From positions 191,568 to 255,567 of the forward strand of contig JAYRSJ010000002.1 of the NCBI GenBank assembly GCA_041920215.1: 64,000 nt of DNA, read 5' to 3'. Position 1 is the first letter of the stretch, and each line of letters starts with the position of its first letter. The position numbers and the translations under genes are program-made. The DNA is from Burkholderiaceae bacterium. GTDB taxonomy: Bacteria > Pseudomonadota > Gammaproteobacteria > Burkholderiales > Burkholderiaceae_C. The notes beneath the pieces were generated by a model. The model was given only the letters and a program-made list of their open reading frames with translations. It had not been told where the DNA came from and did no database searches. This document shows, in pieces, positions 59,850 to 64,000 of this stretch.

Positions 59850-60941
59850 TCAGAGCTTGTCTATGCCCAGGGGCTTGCCGGTCAGATAGCCCTGAATCAG
59901 CTGGAAGCCCAGCTCGCGGCAGACCTGCGCCTCGGCCTCTTCCTCCACGCCCTCGGCCAGCGAGACCGAGCCCAGGTCGGAGACCAGCCGGACCAGATCG
60001 CTGACGACGCGGCGCTTGCGCTCGCTGGCCTTGTGGATGCCGCGGATCAGCGCCATGTCGAACTTGACGAAATCGGCCGGCACCTCGCCGATCTCGTTGA
60101 GTCGCGCCTGTCCGGCGCCGAAGTCGTCGTAGGCAAAGCGTGCGCCTATGTCCTTGAGCCGGGCCGCCAGCTCGCGCATGCGCTCGGTCTCCATCACCGC
60201 GGTCTCGTGGATCTCCACCACCAGCTGCAGCTGCGGCCACTGCCTCAGGGTCTGCTGCAGGGCCTGGAAGAAGCCTTCCTCGAAGGTCTCCTTGGGATGG
60301 GTGTTGACGAACAGCGCATGGCTGCCGATCTTGTCCGCCACCTGGCGTATGCCATGGCTGCGGAAGGCCTCGCTGAGCTCGGCCTCCAGATTCAGCCGGG
60401 TGGCCAGGCTGAACAGATGCATGGGCGAGGCCGGCAGATCGGGATGGGTGCTGCGCCCCAAGAGCTCGTAGGCGAAGAGCCCGCCGCCCTGGGCCTGGAC
60501 GATGGGCTGATAGGCGGCCGACAGGCCCTCGCCCTGGAGCAGGGCATGGAACTGGGCCTCGCGCGGCGAGAAGTACTCGCTCAGCGCCGCACCCGGCGCG
60601 GCCAGCACGGTACGGCCTTCGTCGGCATTGCTGGCGACGGTATGGGCCCGCAGCCTGAATTCGGCGCTGCCGAAATGGATGATGTCGTTCTCGTCCAGCA
60701 GCCGCGAGCCGTTGACCCGCTCGCGATTGACGAAGGTGCCGTTGGTGCTGTCGAGGTCGGTCAGGCGCAGGCGGCCGGAAACATCGGCGCTGAGCTCGGC
60801 ATGGCGGCGGCTCAGGCTGCCGGCCGGCACGACCATATCGTTGTCGTTCTCGCGACCGATGCGATAGGGCAGGGCGCTGACCGCAAACGTCAGCCGGGCC
60901 CCGTCGGCCCCCACCGTCTCCAGCAACCACTGTCTCAGCAT
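59850..60941 (-). CDS. FHA domain - EAL domain protein (putative c-di-GMP phosphodiesterase)
   Basis: 363 aa. The FHA domain has 'YRIGRENDNDMVV...SRRHAEL...DLDSTNGTFVN'. The EAL domain has 'YELLGR', 'VNTHP', 'EIHE', 'DDFGAGQA', 'KFD', 'EGVE' and 'QGY', so the catalytic residues appear intact. Confidence 0.85.
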   Translation of the reverse strand: MLRQWLLETVGADGARLTFAVSALPYRIGRENDNDMVVPAGSLSRRHAELSADVSGRLRLTDLDSTNGTFVNRERVNGSRLLDENDIIHFGSAEFRLRAHTVASNADEGRTVLAAPGAALSEYFSPREAQFHALLQGEGLSAAYQPIVQAQGGGLFAYELLGRSTHPDLPASPMHLFSLATRLNLEAELSEAFRSHGIRQVADKIGSHALFVNTHPKETFEEGFFQALQQTLRQWPQLQLVVEIHETAVMETERMRELAARLKDIGARFAYDDFGAGQARLNEIGEVPADFVKFDMALIRGIHKASERKRRVVSDLVRLVSDLGSVSLAEGVEEEAEAQVCRELGFQLIQGYLTGKPLGIDKL

Positions 60942-60993
60942 TGCCGCCCTTCCATGCTTTGTTGCGGACTGTAACCGAAGGCGACCGCCGGCC

Positions 60994-61923
60994 TTATTTG
61001 CGCATCAGGGTCGATTTGCCGAACAAGGACTCGATCAGATCCACCGCCAGCTCGGCCGTCTTGTTGCGCATGTCCAGGGCCGGGTTCAGCTCCATCACGT
61101 CGAGCGAGGCCATGCGGCCGGTGTCGGCAATCATCTCCATGCAGAGCTGAGCCTCGCGGTAGGTGGGGCCGCCGGGCACGGTGGTGCCCACGCCGGGCGC
61201 GATGTCGGGATCCAGGAAGTCCACATCGAAGCTGACATGCAGATGGGTGTTGGCATCCAGCGTCGCCAGGGCCAGCTCCATGGTGTGGCGCATGCCCATC
61301 TCGTCGATATAGCGCATGTCGAACACCTCGAGCTCCTGCTCGTGGACGAAGCGCTTCTCGCCGGCATCGACGCTGCGGATGCCGATCTGGCGCACCCATT
61401 TCGGGCTGATCGCGGGATTGGCCTTGCTGAAGCCGCCGATCTCGACCAGCTCGCGCGGGCCGTGGCCGGCCAGGCAGGCCACCGGCATGCCATGGATATT
61501 GCCGCTGGGGGTCAGCGCGCTGGTGTTGAAGTCGGCGTGGGCGTCCAGCCAGAGTACGCGCAGCTTCTTGCCGGCCTCGCGGCAGTGGCGCGCGACCGCG
61601 CTGATCGAGCCTATGGCCAGGCAATGGTCGCCGCCCAGCAGCATGGGCATGCGGCCCAGCTTGAGCTCGGCATAGACCGCCTCATGCACCGCGCTGTTCC
61701 AGGCCGCGACCTCGGGCAGATGGCGATAGCCGTCGACCGGCGGCTGCCAGGGATTGGCCGGCCCGGGCAGATTGCCGCGGTCCAGCACCTCGACGCCATG
61801 GCCTTCCAGCGTGGTGGCCAGATTGGCCACCCGCAGGGCCTCGGGGCCCATGCTGGCACCGCGCGCGCCGGCGCCGATATCGGTGGGGGCGCCGATCAGC
61901 GATACGGCTCTGAGCGTTGTCAT
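60994..61923 (-). CDS. rocF: Arginase
   Basis: 309 aa. The 'GGDHCLAIGSI', 'DAHADFN' and 'SFDVDFLDP' Mn-binding motifs match the ureohydrolase family, and the length and motifs fit arginase best. Confidence 0.85.
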   Translation of the reverse strand: MTTLRAVSLIGAPTDIGAGARGASMGPEALRVANLATTLEGHGVEVLDRGNLPGPANPWQPPVDGYRHLPEVAAWNSAVHEAVYAELKLGRMPMLLGGDHCLAIGSISAVARHCREAGKKLRVLWLDAHADFNTSALTPSGNIHGMPVACLAGHGPRELVEIGGFSKANPAISPKWVRQIGIRSVDAGEKRFVHEQELEVFDMRYIDEMGMRHTMELALATLDANTHLHVSFDVDFLDPDIAPGVGTTVPGGPTYREAQLCMEMIADTGRMASLDVMELNPALDMRNKTAELAVDLIESLFGKSTLMRK

Positions 61924-61935
61924 CTTGCGCTTCCT

Positions 61936-62820
61936 TCAGGTATTGCCGGCGATGCCGGCCATCAAATCGTATTCACGCTCCAGCAGGGCCCAGGCCTCTT
62001 CGGCGGTCTCGACGAAGTGGAACAGCTGCTCGTCGCCGGCGGTGATCATGCCGGTCTCGACCAGATAGTCGAAGTCGATCAGCCGGGTCCAGAACTCGCG
62101 GCCGAACATCAGGATGGGGCGGCGCCGGCATTTGCCGGTCTGCACCAGCGTGAGGGTCTCGAAGAGCTCGTCCAGCGTGCCGAAGCCGCCCGGGAAGCAG
62201 GCCAGGGCCACCGAACGCATCAGGAAATGCATCTTGCGCAGCGCGAAGTAGTGGAACTGGAAGCAGAGCTCCGGCGTGATGTAGGGGTTGGGGGCCTGTT
62301 CGTGCGGCAGCACGATGTTGAGGCCTATGCTCTGGCCACCGGCCTCGTAGGCGCCGCGGTTGCCGGCCTCCATCACGCCGGGGCCGCCACCGGTGACCAC
62401 ATAGATGGGGTTGGCGCGCTCGGCCGAGACCTTGGTGACGATGCTGGCAAAGCGTCGCGCTTCCTCGTAGTAGCGGCTCATCGACAGCTGCATCTCGGCG
62501 CGCTTGATGGCAGCGGCATCCGCGCCTGCCTGTGCCCTGGCCAGCGCCGCGCGAGCGTCCTGCTCGGGCAGGATGCGGGCGCTGCCGAAGATCACGATGG
62601 TGGAGCGGATGCCGCGCTCCTGCTGCACCATCTCGGGCTTGAGCAGCTCCAGCTGCATGCGCACCGGGCGCAGTTCCTCGCGCAGCAGGAAATCGCTGTC
62701 GGTGAAGGCCAGACGGTAGGCGCTTTGCGGGCCGCTGTAGTCGGCAGGCGGCACCAGGGCACGGGCTTCGTCCTTGGCGCTGGGGAAGTTGCGGGCGGTG
62801 AGGTACTTGCGCTTGTTCAT
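61936..62820 (-). CDS. LOG-family protein (TIGR00730; nucleotide 5'-monophosphate nucleosidase / 'lysine decarboxylase-like')
   Basis: Trimmed to 'MNKRKYL' (ATG at 62820). 'VTGGGPGVMEAGNRGA' and 'PGGFGTLDELFE' are LOG signatures. Confidence 0.8.
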   Translation of the reverse strand: MNKRKYLTARNFPSAKDEARALVPPADYSGPQSAYRLAFTDSDFLLREELRPVRMQLELLKPEMVQQERGIRSTIVIFGSARILPEQDARAALARAQAGADAAAIKRAEMQLSMSRYYEEARRFASIVTKVSAERANPIYVVTGGGPGVMEAGNRGAYEAGGQSIGLNIVLPHEQAPNPYITPELCFQFHYFALRKMHFLMRSVALACFPGGFGTLDELFETLTLVQTGKCRRRPILMFGREFWTRLIDFDYLVETGMITAGDEQLFHFVETAEEAWALLEREYDLMAGIAGNT

Positions 62821-62932
62821 GGCTGGACGGCTCGGCGGCAATGCGGTCGGGGCAGCGGCTGTGCCGCCGGGGGCGCAGCATAGGCCATGCCGCGCCGGAT
62901 ATTGCATCGTTGTATGGGCTTGGCGCCGATTT

Positions 62933-63709
62933 TCATGCGCTGGCCTCCCGGGGGGCTTGGCCGCAAACGACACAGAAGGGGTCTTTCTGGACGAGGATTT
63001 CGCTCCACTCCATGCGACGGGCCTCCAGCATCTGCAGCCGGCCCTTGAGCCCGGGCAGACCCAGCAGCAGCTTCAATGCCTCGGCCGCCTGCATGCTGCC
63101 GATGATGCCCACCAGCGGGGCGAACACACCCATCACCGCACAGCGGGTTTCCTCCACCGGGGCGTCGGGCGCGAACAGGCAGGCGTAGCAGGGGGCTTGC
63201 GCATCGCGGCTGTCGTAGACGCTGATCTGCGCGTCGAAGCCGATCGCCGCGCCCGACACCAGCGGGCGGCGGTGGCTGACGCAGGCCTGGTTGACCCGCT
63301 GCCGGGTCGCGAAGTTGTCGCTGCAATCCAGTACCACATCGACGCCGGGCAGCAGGCGGTCCAGCAGGGCCTCGTCGGCGCGCTGGCACAGACCTTGAAC
63401 CCGGATCTCCGGGTTCAGCGCGGCCACGCCAGCCGCGGCCGAGGCCACCTTGTCCATGCCCACCCTGGCCACGCTGTGGGCGAGCTGGCGCTGCAGATTG
63501 GTCAGGTCCACCTGGTCATGGTCGACCAAGGTCAGCTGGCCAACGCCGGCCGAGCCCAGGAAGAGCGCGACCGGCGAGCCCAGCCCGCCCGCGCCTATCA
63601 CCAGCGCATGGCTCTGCAGCAGGCGCTGCTGGCCGGCGATGCCGATCTCGTCCAGCAGGATATGGCGTGAATAGCGCAGCAGCTGCGCGTCCGTGAGTTC
63701 TGGCGTCAT
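62933..63709 (-). CDS. moeB: Molybdopterin-synthase adenylyltransferase (ThiF/MoeB family)
   Basis: ATG at 63709. 'RYSRHILL', 'VIGAGGLGSPVALFLGSAGVG', 'DHDQVDLTNLQRQ' and C-terminal CxxC pairs are present. Confidence 0.85.
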   Translation of the reverse strand: MTPELTDAQLLRYSRHILLDEIGIAGQQRLLQSHALVIGAGGLGSPVALFLGSAGVGQLTLVDHDQVDLTNLQRQLAHSVARVGMDKVASAAAGVAALNPEIRVQGLCQRADEALLDRLLPGVDVVLDCSDNFATRQRVNQACVSHRRPLVSGAAIGFDAQISVYDSRDAQAPCYACLFAPDAPVEETRCAVMGVFAPLVGIIGSMQAAEALKLLLGLPGLKGRLQMLEARRMEWSEILVQKDPFCVVCGQAPREASA

Positions 63710-63731
63710 GATGGGGCGAGCATAGGCCAAG

Positions 63732-63761
63732 AAAAACCCGCCGGGCCTGGGGCCGGGCGGG
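63732..63761 (-). terminator. Rho-independent terminator (minus strand) downstream of the ctp-like gene
   Basis: The minus strand reads CCCGCCCGGCC-CCA-GGCCCGGCGGG followed by TTTTTC. It is an 11-bp stem with one mismatch. Confidence 0.65.
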
Positions 63762-63799
63762 TTGTTGCCGCAGGGGCTTAAGGCTTGGGCCGACGCTTC

Positions 63800-64000
63800 A
63801 GTTCTCGACCTTGGCTTCGGCCTTGCGCTCGGTGACGGTCTTGGAGACCAGCACCGGCTTACCCTTGAGCTGGTTCAGCGCCTGGGCCAGCTGGAAGTCC
63901 TCGGCGCTGCCGAACTCGGGCAGCGGCTTGGGCGGCTCGTTCTTCTTCGCGTACTCGGCCTCGAGCTTGGCCCGGGCCTCCTCGCGGGCCTTGGCGCGGG
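63800..64000 (-). CDS. C-terminal fragment of a probable carboxy-terminal processing protease (S41, Ctp/Prc-like); 5' end outside the window
   Basis: My own translation of the minus strand gives '...AKAREEARAKLEAEYAKKNEPPKPLPEFGSAEDFQLAQALNQLKGKPVLVSKTVTERKAEAKVEN*', open to the window edge. The 'FGS.EDFQL.QAL..LKG' tail resembles betaproteobacterial Ctp C-termini from memory, and a ctp-moeB neighbourhood is common. Confidence 0.45.

Noticed and set aside
58963-60930. N-terminal 656 codons of the 1159-aa track ORF 57451..60930
   Set aside because: This part is Arg/Pro/Gly-rich with no motifs and overlaps the DUF429 gene and the same-strand FHA-EAL gene in another frame. The S10 peptidase homology begins only at the ATG at 58962.

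Overview
This is a 64-kb, very GC-rich bacterial chromosomal segment. Gene content and synteny (FmdB-DUF502-aspS, nudB-EEP-clsB, ubiJ-ubiB, a PEP-CTERM protein) suggest a Burkholderiales-like betaproteobacterium; that is an inference. I call 54 protein-coding genes, two of them cut by the window edges. I found no rRNA or tRNA, no CRISPR array, and no transposase, integrase or phage genes. Layout: (1) 1-22.2 kb is the tail of an exopolysaccharide/PEP-CTERM-type locus. It holds a GT4 fragment, a CapK/PaaK-like adenylating enzyme, a heparinase II/III-type lyase lipoprotein, WecG-WecB, UDP-GlcA 4-epimerase plus Ugd, a large S8 subtilase lipoprotein, a PEP-CTERM cargo protein and a DUF3617-like protein. 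It ends with a tightly coupled minus-strand operon: priming sugar transferase, EpsL-like beta-barrel, galE, manC, rfbBDAC. (2) 22.4-29.2 kb is housekeeping: ubiJ-ubiB, a sodium:solute symporter, FmdB zinc ribbon, DUF502 and aspS. (3) 29.2-33.5 kb carries four genes (CsgG-like lipoprotein, TPR orphan, Lrp, DMT) that interrupt the usual aspS-nudB linkage, followed by nudB-EEP-clsB. (4) 36.2-44.7 kb has an orphan periplasmic binding protein, a MacB-type ABC system (ATPase, double-FtsX permease, HlyD adaptor), a secreted four-rhodanese protein and a class-C-like serine hydrolase. (5) 44.9-53.0 kb is a complete five-step histidine utilisation regulon (hutHU divergent from hutCDIGF) with a HutC-type operator. 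(6) 53.1-64 kb is a signalling and amino-acid cluster: MCP, asparaginase-II family, TPR-GGDEF, S10 carboxypeptidase, DUF429, FHA-EAL, arginase, LOG, MoeB and a Ctp fragment. The many very long Arg/Ala/Gly-rich ORFs in the track are antisense or frame shadows of real genes and are rejected. I cannot prove a novel system from sequence alone. The best candidates for follow-up are the S10/TPR-GGDEF/asparaginase-II + DUF429 + FHA-EAL neighbourhood, the CsgG-like + TPR-orphan insertion, and the PEP-CTERM cargo/S8 subtilase pair with a sigma-54-like promoter.
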